Shown here: positions 46,061 through 55,346 of the stretch, in pieces
How positions within the stretch are numbered: the first letter of the stretch is position 1
How the letters are laid out: the number at the start of each line of letters is the position of its first letter
Source of the DNA: a virus
Virus record (IMG/VR): IMGVR_UViG_3300047335_000043
Length of the DNA: 64,000 bases
Reading direction: 5' to 3' (one strand)
Translations under genes and position numbers: made by a program
The notes under the pieces: model-generated
The model's database searches: none
The model's input: the letters and a program-made list of their open reading frames with translations, nothing else
Told to the model about the DNA's origin: nothing

Positions 46061-46513
46061 TCACCAGACCATGGCTGGGTGTGCGATTTTGGCGCGAATC
46101 ATGTCGTCCCAGATCATTCGGCACGGCACGTAGTCGGCCATGTCGAGCACCGAGGGGCGCATGTTGATGTCGAGTGCCCACGCGTCCGACGGCCGAATCA
46201 CAATCCAGTCGTGCAACTCGATCGGAATTCCGTAGGTGATGCCCTTGGTGGCGTGTTTGCGCACGAATTGACACGCAGAACCGATCTTGAGTACCAAATG
46301 CGCCTTCGCTTGGTACAGATCCTCCTTCAAATTCTGGTGCGGCAGCACGATGCCGCCCGGCGTCATCTCTTCGCGCCGGTAGATCGCGACGAGCAGCTCG
46401 TTGTTGGCGATCTCATAGCCGGAAAGATCGCCGACCTTGTCGATGATGGCTTTCCGCAGGCGCTGCGATTCCGCTTCGACCTCGCTGCTGATAGGTTTCA
46501 AGCGTGCGTTCAT
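46061..46513 (-). CDS. GroES/Cpn10-like protein
   Basis: ELLV...TPGGIVLP mobile loop...VLKIG...CRMIWDDMI. Confidence 0.7.
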   Translation of the reverse strand: MNARLKPISSEVEAESQRLRKAIIDKVGDLSGYEIANNELLVAIYRREEMTPGGIVLPHQNLKEDLYQAKAHLVLKIGSACQFVRKHATKGITYGIPIELHDWIVIRPSDAWALDINMRPSVLDMADYVPCRMIWDDMIRAKIAHPAMVW

Positions 46514-46517
46514 TCAG

Positions 46518-46709
46518 TTACCTGTTGTTGATCGTCGTGTTGATGTCATCGAGCGCGTCGGCGACGCGCTTCAACGCAAAGATCTGGCCGACGATGTGTT
46601 TGTAGTCCGCAATGTCCTGCACAGTGCCCGGCGTTTCCAGATTGTTCCGCAGTCGAATCAATTCCTCAGAGAGCCACTTGCGCAACTCCGTTTCAAACGC
46701 GGTATTCAA
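46518..46709 (-). CDS. Small helical head-module protein
   Basis: DIADYKHIVGQIFALK. Confidence 0.65.
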   Translation of the reverse strand: MNTAFETELRKWLSEELIRLRNNLETPGTVQDIADYKHIVGQIFALKRVADALDDINTTINNR

Positions 46710-47638
46710 CCGTAGGCCGCGATCTTTTCGAGGCGACCCAAGCCGCCGCCACCACCGGACTCAATCGGATACGTGCGACCGCCACGCTTACGCATCTGCG
46801 GCGGCGGCTGCATCGGCGCGGGCGCTGCAGCCGGCGGCGGTGGCGGGCTCTGGTGCATGCCCACGGGGCCTGCGCCTGGAGGCGGCCCACCCATCGGCGG
46901 TCCCATCGGCGGTCCCATCGGCGGCTTCGCGGGCGGCTGCGCGATGATGATGTTCACGTTCATGCCGCCCTTCTTCGTGCGGCCACCGGCTTTGCGAGGC
47001 ACGCGATCGCCCGTGGGGCGCGTGCCTCCCAAGGTGGCGCCGCCGGCTGCTTTCGCGACCTTGCCGCCGCTGCATTTGGCGCAAGTGCATTTCTCGTTGT
47101 GAACTTCGGACTTGACCTTGTTGAGTTCGCTCTTGATGAGCTTCTTGTCCTCGGCCTTATCGGCGTGAACCTTGCCGCCGGCCTTGCGCATCATCGGACG
47201 CGGACCCACTTGCGGGCGAATGCCGATGGGCGCGGCGCCTGTGCGCGCGGGCATCACGGGGCGCTCAGCAGGGCGACCCATCATCGGGCCGCCGACCATC
47301 TTGGCAACGCGTCCACCCTTCTTCAGGCCACCGTCTTGCTTGTCGCCGTCGCGCAGCTCGTTGGCCTTTTTCTGATCGACGTTGAAGTAATCATCGACGA
47401 TGCCGCCGCCCTTCGCGCGTGGTTTGCGATCAGCGCGCTGCATGGCTTTCTCGCCCATGACCTTGCCGCCTTTCTTGAACGCTCGGCGCGAGAGCACGCG
47501 CATGCCGGTCTGCACGTCGTCCTTCTCGGCGGGCGGGTTCTTCCAACCCGATGCATCGACGACGCCGACTTTGGCGCTCGTCAGTCGCGAAACTTTTTCC
47601 TTCGCGCGGGCGCGAGATTGTTCAGACATCGTGCTCAT
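46706..47638 (-). CDS. Lys/Pro-rich head-module protein with about ten GG motifs
   Basis: FKKGG, RAKGG, LKKGG, MVGG, RKAGG, CSGG, KAAGG, RKAGG, TKKGG, RKRGG; PPMG repeats. Confidence 0.8.
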   Translation of the reverse strand: MSTMSEQSRARAKEKVSRLTSAKVGVVDASGWKNPPAEKDDVQTGMRVLSRRAFKKGGKVMGEKAMQRADRKPRAKGGGIVDDYFNVDQKKANELRDGDKQDGGLKKGGRVAKMVGGPMMGRPAERPVMPARTGAAPIGIRPQVGPRPMMRKAGGKVHADKAEDKKLIKSELNKVKSEVHNEKCTCAKCSGGKVAKAAGGATLGGTRPTGDRVPRKAGGRTKKGGMNVNIIIAQPPAKPPMGPPMGPPMGGPPPGAGPVGMHQSPPPPPAAAPAPMQPPPQMRKRGGRTYPIESGGGGGLGRLEKIAAYG

Positions 47639-47708
47639 GGGTGCCTCTGTTTACGCTGTGAGTTACTTCATCGCAACTTTCAAAGGACTTCACTGTGAAG
47701 TACTGTGT

Positions 47709-50084
47709 TCACGACTCGTCGATCTTCTTATCGACCTCGTCGATGATCTTGTTCGCCTTCTGGCCCGCGCCCTTCACGCCGACCTGACTGCCGCGCTCGT
47801 TGACGGGCGCGCGGATCACGTCGCTTGCCAAACTGATCGCGCTCTCGCGCTCCTTGGCTTCACGGTCGCGATCGCGGTTGTCGTTCTCGACGGCAGCGGT
47901 GCGTTCTTTGAGCGCGAGTTCGCCCGCACGCGTGTGCGCGTCCATGACTTTCGCTTGCGCGGTCGCGAGGTCGAGCTGCGTCTCGGGTTCGGGCGGTTTC
48001 AGGCCGCCCTCGGTGGGTTTCGGGCCGTAGTGACCGGAGTCGATCTTTGCCTGCACGTCGGCGGCTTTGGCCTTCGCCTCGGCGGTGCGCGCGTTCGCCT
48101 CCTCGACCTTGGCATCGGCCGCCTTCGCGTCGTTTTTCATCTGCTCCTGCATTTGCTGGAGCTGCGGCGGTGGTGCCGCACGCGCAGCCGGCGGCACGAA
48201 GAACTGCTCGGGGTTGCTCCAGCCCATTGCGTGCAACGCAGCGGTGTCGATGGCGATCGGGTCGTAGAGACTCGGGGACGCCTGCTGGAGCTGCTTCAAG
48301 CCCTGGATCTTCATCACGCGCTGACCCATGGACGCCGTGTTAGGATCGGCCTGCGGGACCAGCTCGCAGTTGTTCGCCGCCAGCATGAACTTCTGCTCGT
48401 CCCAAGCGGTGCGGCTCTTGCACTTACGCATCCAGAAGGATTCCGGGTGCTCCTTGAACACTTTCACGAGAAGCTGGAATTCTTCGGCCTGCGCCGCGTG
48501 TAAGCGCTTGTGGACGGAGTTCATGACCTTGACGGCCTGGTCTATCAAGGCGAGCGTCGTGCCCACGGGCGCCTCCGCGCGGCCCTCGCCCACCTGCAGC
48601 TCACTCGTGCCGCCGACGCGCTGCCCGGTTTGCACCATGTCCTGCACGAGCGCCATCAGGGGGGCCATGTGCGCGCTCTCGTAAGGCAGCGGCATCACGG
48701 CCTGGGTGATCGGCATGCCCTGCGTGTCGATCGGTGCCCCGCCGCCGGGTGGCACGCGGAACACGTTGGTGTTCTGCCGCGCCCCGCCCTTCGCCATCAG
48801 GAAGCCGGGGAAGTTCGCGAACATGCCGTTGTCGAGCATCTCACGCCACGCGGCGGTGACTGCGTTCGTGGTGTTGCCCAAGATGTGCAACAAGCCGATG
48901 TCGTAGAAGCCGAAGCCCGGCACGAACGTGTACTTGACGTACAAGGTTTTTGCCGTTGGCAACACCTTGTCGTCCTCGTCGTAGTTACGCACGATGGAGA
49001 GCATCTGCCGGCTGGAGCGATCAATCGTCACCTTGTACGGAATCTCGAGCCCGCTCTCCTTGCCCTCGTGCTCGTGCTCAAAGCCTTTCAGGTCCAGCTC
49101 GCAGCAGATCTCGTAGATCTCGCGATCGCGATCATCGGGACGCGTGTCGGTGATCGTAATGCCTTGCTGCGCTTTCTCAGCTTCCTGCTGCGAGTCGAGC
49201 GCCGCTGGCGACGGGTCCGGTAGATCCACGTCGCGATACACGCCCAGGATCTGCAGACGCTTGATCGTGGACTTACTCAAGTACGTGCGATGTGTGACGC
49301 GCCGTGCGTTCCTTACGTTGATCGCGTTCTGATTGACGATGATGTCGCTCGCATCGACCGATTCACTCACCGGGCGATTCCTGATCGGGCAGAAATAGAC
49401 CTTCTTGAACGTCGTGCCGCCGAAGCCCAGCATTAGGAGCATGCGATCGGTATCGGGGTAGTACTCAGTCGCCACGGCGGTCAGGTAATGATTCATGTCG
49501 CGCTCGAAGGCGTTTGCGAGTTCGTCTTCCTTCAACTGCGCGTTGTTGTCGTCGTTGCGGATCTTGACCGGGCCGTCGGTTGGCAGCAGCTCGCTGCGCG
49601 CATTGGCCTGAAAGCGCAGCACCGCTTCGAGGAGCAGCGGATGGCGAACCTTCGACATGCCCTCGACGGGAGCGCCGTCGGTGCTGGAGCCCTGGACGTT
49701 TGGCAGTTCAATCTTGAGCCCCAAGAGCTTGATGCCCTGCGCGCGGTCCTCGATCCATTCGCGCCGCGACTCGATGTCGAGATCCACACCGCGCAAAAGA
49801 TCATCGGTGACTCGGCCGCGCTCATCGTCGGTGAGCTTGTCGACCAAGTTGCCGAACCATTCGGTCGGGCCTTCGTCTTCCGGCTTGACGTTACCTAAGC
49901 CCTTGCCGTCGAGCGAGATCGAGATCGAGCCATCGCCGTGCTTGATCGTGACGATGTTGCCGCGCTCGTCGATCTCGGGCTGATCGTCGGGCTCAGGCGT
50001 GAGTTCGACTTGAATTCCCGGCGGCATTTCTGGCTCGTCGGGGACGAGCCGCAGGTTCGCAAGCCCCAGTCCTGGCGGACTCAC
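47709..50084 (-). CDS. Portal protein
   Basis: AAGGAG SD with GTG 50084; RHPLLLEAVLRFQA, FGGTTFKKVYF, GFYDIGLLH; follows terminase. Confidence 0.88.
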   Translation of the reverse strand: MSPPGLGLANLRLVPDEPEMPPGIQVELTPEPDDQPEIDERGNIVTIKHGDGSISISLDGKGLGNVKPEDEGPTEWFGNLVDKLTDDERGRVTDDLLRGVDLDIESRREWIEDRAQGIKLLGLKIELPNVQGSSTDGAPVEGMSKVRHPLLLEAVLRFQANARSELLPTDGPVKIRNDDNNAQLKEDELANAFERDMNHYLTAVATEYYPDTDRMLLMLGFGGTTFKKVYFCPIRNRPVSESVDASDIIVNQNAINVRNARRVTHRTYLSKSTIKRLQILGVYRDVDLPDPSPAALDSQQEAEKAQQGITITDTRPDDRDREIYEICCELDLKGFEHEHEGKESGLEIPYKVTIDRSSRQMLSIVRNYDEDDKVLPTAKTLYVKYTFVPGFGFYDIGLLHILGNTTNAVTAAWREMLDNGMFANFPGFLMAKGGARQNTNVFRVPPGGGAPIDTQGMPITQAVMPLPYESAHMAPLMALVQDMVQTGQRVGGTSELQVGEGRAEAPVGTTLALIDQAVKVMNSVHKRLHAAQAEEFQLLVKVFKEHPESFWMRKCKSRTAWDEQKFMLAANNCELVPQADPNTASMGQRVMKIQGLKQLQQASPSLYDPIAIDTAALHAMGWSNPEQFFVPPAARAAPPPQLQQMQEQMKNDAKAADAKVEEANARTAEAKAKAADVQAKIDSGHYGPKPTEGGLKPPEPETQLDLATAQAKVMDAHTRAGELALKERTAAVENDNRDRDREAKERESAISLASDVIRAPVNERGSQVGVKGAGQKANKIIDEVDKKIDES

Positions 50085-50347
50085 TGCAGCTCCTTCGCGA
50101 TCGCGGTGAGCAGCAATTGCGTGGGGCTCATGTCGCGCTGGAAGCGCTGCATGCCGAGATGCGCGGCGGTCTCCTCGCCGTAGGCGACCACTTCGTAAAA
50201 CATCGTGAAGGCGTGCGGCGGCTCGCCCCACACGGTCACGAGAAAGCGGTAATTAGGTTTGCGTATCGATCCCGGCGCACGACCGAGTAAGTCCACCACG
50301 CACTGGCAGCGGACATTCGGCTCGTCGGATTTGAAAATCGCGCTCAA
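50081..50347 (-). CDS. Hypothetical protein between terminase and portal
   Basis: GGAG SD before TTG 50347; GTGA-coupled to portal. Confidence 0.5.
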   Translation of the reverse strand: MSAIFKSDEPNVRCQCVVDLLGRAPGSIRKPNYRFLVTVWGEPPHAFTMFYEVVAYGEETAAHLGMQRFQRDMSPTQLLLTAIAKELQ

Positions 50348-50450
50348 CGTCTCTCCAGATCGGAGATCGTCGTGCGCCGGGCAGAGCAATCCGAGTTTTC
50401 AGGGGGCCAGCTTGAGCCCGAGCCCAAGCAGCCCGAGAATAACAAAGCAA

Positions 50451-52076
50451 TCAGACCGGGTACAGCGGCTGATTCTGGTTGCGTGGGTAGATCTTGAAAG
50501 ACTCCATTTCTGCACGGCGCTCGACCGCGCGCGAGATGAGCCCTCGATCCCGCAGGTAGCGCAGGCCCATCGAGGTCAAATCGACGTATTCGTCGTGCTT
50601 GCCGCGCGGGAATTGCCCGACTTGGGTCATCACGGCGTCGGCCCAGGCGCGCTCGGGTGCGTAGATGAGGCCTTCCTGGAACAAGTGCTGCACGGACACC
50701 AAGCGCGCGAATTTGTCCTGCGATTTGGGATCGAAGAGCTGCACCGAGAACTTTTCGTTGCTGTAGAGGCGCCGCAGCTCCTGAGCGACCGAGATGCCGG
50801 CCGCTTTGTTTTCGATCAGGAGGAGATCCACCTTCATGTCGATGCAGGTTTTCGCGGTTTTTCGGATCAACTCGTGGAATTCGTAGCGATCGGTCCAGGC
50901 GTGCGCGAGCATGACCTTCGGTGCTTCTTCGGAATAGGTGCGATCAAGCGAAATGATGCGCCCGTCCTTGTCGATGATGCGCCGCTCCTGCGCGCTCGCG
51001 GTGCCCGAGAAGATTCCCCACACGATCATGCCCGACGGGTCGTTCATTTGCTCCAGCGTGTAGGCGGTGTCGAGCGTACCCAAAATGAAATCCATCGGCG
51101 GATACAAATCAGCCTCCCAGAGCTGCCACCAATCGCGCTTGATGACGCCGCCGCCGCGCGGTTCGGGGCGCTGCTGGAGCTGACCGGCCGCGCGCCAGTC
51201 GCCGAGCCACGTCTTTAAGCCCGCGACCTCGTCGGGGCCGAAGCGTTCCGGCCAGAGCAGTTCGCCGGGCGTGGTGCGCGGATCTTTCCAGCCGATCGAG
51301 GTCGAGGTGCTGTAGATACGCTCCGGTTCGTACTCCATCGGCAGGCACAGGTGCGTCCATTCGCCGTGACTCTTGCTCAAGATATGACCAGTCAAGTCGT
51401 TTTCGCCCAAACGCTGCTGAATTTCGATCACGGCGCCCAGTTTTTGGTTGTTGAGGCGCGTGCCCAACGTGCCATCGAACCATTCGAGCGTGGAAGCGAT
51501 CACGGCCTCGGATTCAACCTCTTTGGCGCTGTTGATGTCGTCGAGCACGATGATGTTCGCGCCGTCGCCCGTGGCGCCCTTCGATTCCACCGACGTGATG
51601 AGCCGGTAGCCGCCCTTGTCGTTGTTGTAGCGGCTCTTGGTGTTCTGATCGTCGGCCAGCGAGAAGCGATTCCCCCAGCGATCCTGGTACCACTTGCTCT
51701 CGATCACGCGCCGGCTGTTGACCGAGTCGCGCCGCGAGAGATCTTCGCGAAACGACGCGTACAAAAACGACACGCCGGGGCCGCTTGTGTGCGAATGCGT
51801 TTGCTGCGCCCAAGTCCAGCCAGGCAGCGCGACCGAGCACAGGCCGCTTTTTAAGCAGCGCGGCGGGATGTTGATGATGAGGCGGCGGATCTGCCCATCG
51901 ACGACCGCCTGCAGGTGCTCGCAGATCGCGTCGATCGCCCAACCATCGACCCATGGCGCTGAGTCGAACACGTGGAAGCACGATTTGGTGTAGACGTAGA
52001 GGGAATCTTCGCAATCAGCTCGACTTAAATCGAGGAGCTGACGCTGGGGATCGATGGCGGTCCCGTCGAAAAGCAT
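50451..52076 (-). CDS. terL: Terminase large subunit
   Basis: INIPPRCLKS Walker A, IIVLDD Walker B, LDTAYT and HDEYVD RNase H-like nuclease motifs. Confidence 0.95.
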   Translation of the reverse strand: MLFDGTAIDPQRQLLDLSRADCEDSLYVYTKSCFHVFDSAPWVDGWAIDAICEHLQAVVDGQIRRLIINIPPRCLKSGLCSVALPGWTWAQQTHSHTSGPGVSFLYASFREDLSRRDSVNSRRVIESKWYQDRWGNRFSLADDQNTKSRYNNDKGGYRLITSVESKGATGDGANIIVLDDINSAKEVESEAVIASTLEWFDGTLGTRLNNQKLGAVIEIQQRLGENDLTGHILSKSHGEWTHLCLPMEYEPERIYSTSTSIGWKDPRTTPGELLWPERFGPDEVAGLKTWLGDWRAAGQLQQRPEPRGGGVIKRDWWQLWEADLYPPMDFILGTLDTAYTLEQMNDPSGMIVWGIFSGTASAQERRIIDKDGRIISLDRTYSEEAPKVMLAHAWTDRYEFHELIRKTAKTCIDMKVDLLLIENKAAGISVAQELRRLYSNEKFSVQLFDPKSQDKFARLVSVQHLFQEGLIYAPERAWADAVMTQVGQFPRGKHDEYVDLTSMGLRYLRDRGLISRAVERRAEMESFKIYPRNQNQPLYPV

Positions 52077-52112
52077 AGGTTCTCCACTCGGAGATCCTCA
52101 TGCGCCGGGCAC

Positions 52113-52727
52113 TTACGATCCGATCAGTAATCCAAGACCAGCACCGGGCTGGCTCTGCGCAGAATCCTCTTCCTCGGCGGGCACGTCAACCGCGTCAGTT
52201 CTGCGCATCGTCGCTTCGATCATTTCGCGGAGCTGCTGACGCTGCTCAACGGTAAGCAAGCTCGAATCGATGACGCGCGCATCGGTGTCGCCGGCCTCGA
52301 CCTCGACTTTGCTGCTGGAGCGGAAGTTCTTGTTCACGCGGCCTAAGAAATCCATGCCCACCTTCGCCGCATCCTTGTCGGTGGTCGAGGTGGCGATCCT
52401 GACCATGTTCTCGGCGATCTTGAGCTTCACGTGCGCGGCGCCCAAGGTGAGATCGTCCTCGTAATGCAGCATGAGCACCGAGTACGGAATCATCAGCATC
52501 TTCGCGATCACGGTCGGTTCCAACTGCATGCCGGCGTAGTGCTGCACGAGCTGGCCGAAGAGCGGCATCGGGTGTTCGCCCATGGTGCGCGCGAGTTCGA
52601 CGCGAAGGTCCGCAGCGCGCTTGATCTCGGCGATCTGGTCCTGCATCCAGGCGACCATCGTCGCGCGCTCGTCCAGGGGCACCGAATCGGCTTCCGGCGG
52701 CAGGAACTTACGTGGCCGGCGGTTCAC
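52113..52727 (-). CDS. Probable terminase small subunit
   Basis: HTH-like core (IAKMLMI...HYEDDL...G.A.VKLKIAENM); directly upstream of terL. Confidence 0.6.
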   Translation of the reverse strand: MNRRPRKFLPPEADSVPLDERATMVAWMQDQIAEIKRAADLRVELARTMGEHPMPLFGQLVQHYAGMQLEPTVIAKMLMIPYSVLMLHYEDDLTLGAAHVKLKIAENMVRIATSTTDKDAAKVGMDFLGRVNKNFRSSSKVEVEAGDTDARVIDSSLLTVEQRQQLREMIEATMRRTDAVDVPAEEEDSAQSQPGAGLGLLIGS

Positions 52728-52890
52728 GATCGTAACCGTTGCGCTGCCACTTGCCGCGCTGTGCGATCAGGTCGCGCACATACTGCGTGAGCGGCACGTT
52801 CTCACGCCACGCCTCCATTTGCAGTTCAAGCTTTAAGAAACGTGGCACCTGCAGGTGTAGCGCCACAAGATCATTGGGCGACGGCGTCAT
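52708..52890 (-). CDS. Ribbon-helix-helix-like protein
   Basis: LHLQVPRFLKLELQMEA...LTQYVRDLI. Confidence 0.55.
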   Translation of the reverse strand: MTPSPNDLVALHLQVPRFLKLELQMEAWRENVPLTQYVRDLIAQRGKWQRNGYDREPPAT

Positions 52891-53059
52891 CGCGTACCTT
52901 CAGGAGGCTCGCTTGCTGCTCGATGCCAAGCCGCTCGCGCAGATGATCGATCTCGTCATCGATGACGATTAGCTCGTTCATCAGTTCCTCCCGGCGCTGG
53001 GCCGCGCGAGCTTTGCGCTCCTTGAGCATCTCGATGTAGGCCGCGCGCGTATCGCTCAT
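52871..53059 (-). CDS. Small coiled-coil protein
   Basis: Coupled; heptad pattern. Confidence 0.6.
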   Translation of the reverse strand: MSDTRAAYIEMLKERKARAAQRREELMNELIVIDDEIDHLRERLGIEQQASLLKVRDDAVAQ

Positions 53060-53244
53060 GCAGATTCTTTCACCACTTCCACGTCACGCCACTCGCCCTC
53101 GTTGCCGCGCATGTAGGCGGGAGCGTTCAACGTGAACCACTGCTGCAGGATTTTGACCGTGTGCGGCGGGGGACCGCCCTCGATGCTCTGCACGGTACGC
53201 TCAACGAAGCGCAGACGTTCGCTGGGGACTAGGGCATCACTCAT
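53056..53244 (-). CDS. Hypothetical phage protein
   Basis: LRFVER...KILQQWF...EWRDV; coupled. Confidence 0.7.
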   Translation of the reverse strand: MSDALVPSERLRFVERTVQSIEGGPPPHTVKILQQWFTLNAPAYMRGNEGEWRDVEVVKESA

Positions 53245-53438
53245 GGGGGACTCGCTTCAGATTGTGGCTGTGGCTGCGGCTGCGGCTGCGGCTGCGGCGT
53301 GCTCTTCAAGCGCGCCTGGTCAAGCTTACGCCCGATCCAGGCACTCATCGAGCGATCGTCCTGGGCAGCCCAGCGCTGTACCCAAGCGTAGAGTTCATCG
53401 GAGCAGTAGATCGTGATGGGGCGCGACTTGGCTTGCAT
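53241..53438 (-). CDS. Arc/CopG-like RHH protein with PQ repeat
   Basis: ITIYCSDELYAWVQRWAAQDDRSMSAWI; (PQ)5. Confidence 0.7.
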   Translation of the reverse strand: MQAKSRPITIYCSDELYAWVQRWAAQDDRSMSAWIGRKLDQARLKSTPQPQPQPQPQPQSEASPP

Positions 53439-53480
53439 TGGCGCACCGTAATGCTAATGACGCGGTCGCGTCCAGAGAAA

Positions 53481-53730
53481 CTACTGTTTCGTCAGTTTCT
53501 CGACGTGCAGCGTGCCGCAGGCTTCGAGAATCTGCACGACCTCGTCGGCGCTCATGCCGCTCGCTTCGCCCTCATCAGAGCCGCAGAACATCTCGAACTC
53601 CACTCTGGGGTGCGCCGCACGGCAGCTTCGTGGCCTCGTCCTGCCACTGCGCCTTGTCCGGTTCGTTGTTCCAGGGCCCTTCGCCCCACGTGGACTTATC
53701 GACGACGTTGCGGTACTCGATGGTGTTCAT
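53481..53730 (-). pseudogene. Probable deletion scar fusing two gene remnants
   Basis: MNTIEYRNVVDKSTWGEGPW...KLPC frame stops at 53575; a second frame HPRVEFEMFC...LTKQ runs to 53481 without a convincing SD-supported start. Confidence 0.45.
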
Positions 53731-54107
53731 CACAACTCCTTGCCGGCAATTTCCAGAGCAATCACCACTTTGATACCACGGCCTTCAGCCATCGAAGCCA
53801 TGTGGGCGGTGCCGCGCCCGCCGGGAAATACGACGACCAGATCCGGCTCCAGCGCCGCCATGGCGATATTGCGCATGATGCCCGCGAGGCGCACTTGGTC
53901 TAGGCCCCGATAGTAGTCCCAAAGCGCGCGACATGCGACCGGTTGCACGCCGCTCGTGTTGCACCACCCGTCAGCGATCGCGTCGGCGCCGAACGCATTG
54001 CCGTGGATCAAGTGCGAGAACACGTGTTTGGCGTGGAGCTTGTCGAGCACGTGATATACGAGCGTGCGATCCACGAAGGTGCGGCCGCCGGTCACGAGCA
54101 GTTTCAT
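53730..54107 (-). CDS. YspA-like SLOG (DUF2493) protein
   Basis: LLVTGGR, LIHGNAFGAD, AGIMRN, VFPGGRGT. Confidence 0.85.
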   Translation of the reverse strand: MKLLVTGGRTFVDRTLVYHVLDKLHAKHVFSHLIHGNAFGADAIADGWCNTSGVQPVACRALWDYYRGLDQVRLAGIMRNIAMAALEPDLVVVFPGGRGTAHMASMAEGRGIKVVIALEIAGKEL

Positions 54108-54373
54108 TTGGGGAACATGATCAATTCGCTGCCGGGATGCGCCGCGACATACTCGTTGAGCTTCGCGTATTCAGCCGCCCACCAGGCCTCGCTGGGGTTG
54201 GCGTACCAGAAACTAAAGCTCGGGCCGTACTCAGTTAGCAGCGGGTTATCAGTTACCAGCGGGTGATCGGCGAGCGAGAGCGGCTTCCAGGGCGGCAGGA
54301 AGATCTTGCGCTCAGGCACGATGATCGTGGCGGCCGCGCCGGCCATGAGGCTTACGAAGTCACGGCGTTTCAT
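54104..54373 (-). CDS. Small protein with a twin-arginine-like N-terminus
   Basis: MKRRDFVSLMAGAAATII. Confidence 0.7.
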   Translation of the reverse strand: MKRRDFVSLMAGAAATIIVPERKIFLPPWKPLSLADHPLVTDNPLLTEYGPSFSFWYANPSEAWWAAEYAKLNEYVAAHPGSELIMFPK

Positions 54374-54579
54374 CCACTACCCCCAACACCTGTGTGCGTC
54401 ATGATCTCACTCGCGATAGCCTCTTCGGTCTCGCCGTACATGATGATCACGTCGGAGGCGAGCCCAAACGGGCGACCGTCGAACACGATCGGCAGACCCT
54501 CCTTCAGCTTGGCGATGTTCATCGCTGAGAGGCCGAGCAGCAGCGCGCCGTTGGAGAGCTCGGCTTTGATCACTGCCAC
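54370..54579 (-). CDS. Hypothetical phage protein
   Basis: LLLGLSAMNIAKLKEGLPI...IMYGETE. Confidence 0.7.
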   Translation of the reverse strand: MAVIKAELSNGALLLGLSAMNIAKLKEGLPIVFDGRPFGLASDVIIMYGETEEAIASEIMTHTGVGGSG

Positions 54580-54818
54580 TGCTCCCTGAGCCTGTCCATG
54601 ATCTTGTTGGCGAGGCGAAGATTCTCGTCGGAGTGGCGATTATGCACCGTCACGTCGATGAACGCCTTGCGCTCGGCGTAGGTCGTTTCGTGATTCCAAA
54701 TGTGATTCATGCGGATCATGATCGGCGAATCGTCGGGCGCGACCTTGCCCGTCGTCGCATCGAATATTGCGGGCCGACAGCCTGGGCAGTGATCACAGAA
54801 TTCGTGGGCGAAGCTCAT
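54570..54818 (-). CDS. Hypothetical protein with CxxCxxC
   Basis: ATGA-coupled start 54818; CDHCPGC. Confidence 0.6.
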   Translation of the reverse strand: MSFAHEFCDHCPGCRPAIFDATTGKVAPDDSPIMIRMNHIWNHETTYAERKAFIDVTVHNRHSDENLRLANKIMDRLREQWQ

Positions 54819-55003
54819 CGCGCGAAGTACCAGATGCCGAGGGACGCGCAGCCGAGATTGAACAAAGCGGCTCCCACGTTCAACTTGACGAGCCGATAGT
54901 AACGCAGTCCGTAACACTCATACGCCATGTGGCAAGACGCGCCGAAGAACGCGAACCCAATCGCTACGCAGATCGCGTTCAACGGCGGGATGACGAGGAT
55001 CAT
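54815..55003 (-). CDS. Small two-TM membrane protein
   Basis: Two hydrophobic segments. Confidence 0.55.
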   Translation of the reverse strand: MILVIPPLNAICVAIGFAFFGASCHMAYECYGLRYYRLVKLNVGAALFNLGCASLGIWYFAR

Positions 55004-55019
55004 GGCAGGCGGGCCGCGT

Positions 55020-55346
55020 TCATCGAGTAAACACGACGACCAAGACGATGGCGCCGAGTCCGAGCGCGGGCTTCCACGCGTAGCGCATGATGAGCCAGAC
55101 AATGCCGCCCAGCAGCGCCGATGGGATCACGCCCACACCGAAACCCATCAGGTAGCCGTACTGGAACATGCAATAGATCCAGCTTGCGAGGAACGCGATG
55201 CCGCCGAAGCCCCACGCAAGGAGCCAGCCAACGCCGCTAGAGTCAATGTCACTCAGCTTCAACCCAGGAGCACCGGGACTGTCCGTGAAGAGCCACGCCG
55301 CACCGAAGAGCAACACGGCTACCCCGAGGCATGCGAGGTAGATCAT
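55020..55346 (-). CDS. Multi-TM membrane protein
   Basis: Three to four hydrophobic helices; coupled to the upstream gene. Confidence 0.7.
   Translation of the reverse strand: MIYLACLGVAVLLFGAAWLFTDSPGAPGLKLSDIDSSGVGWLLAWGFGGIAFLASWIYCMFQYGYLMGFGVGVIPSALLGGIVWLIMRYAWKPALGLGAIVLVVVFTR

Noticed and set aside
53266-53300. Hexamer repeat as a phase-variation switch
   Set aside because: The unit is a multiple of three in a PQ linker near the C-terminus, so slippage would not change frame
53512-53913. Track ORF labelled minus strand
   Set aside because: Its translation reads from the plus strand, antisense to real genes; treated as a shadow ORF
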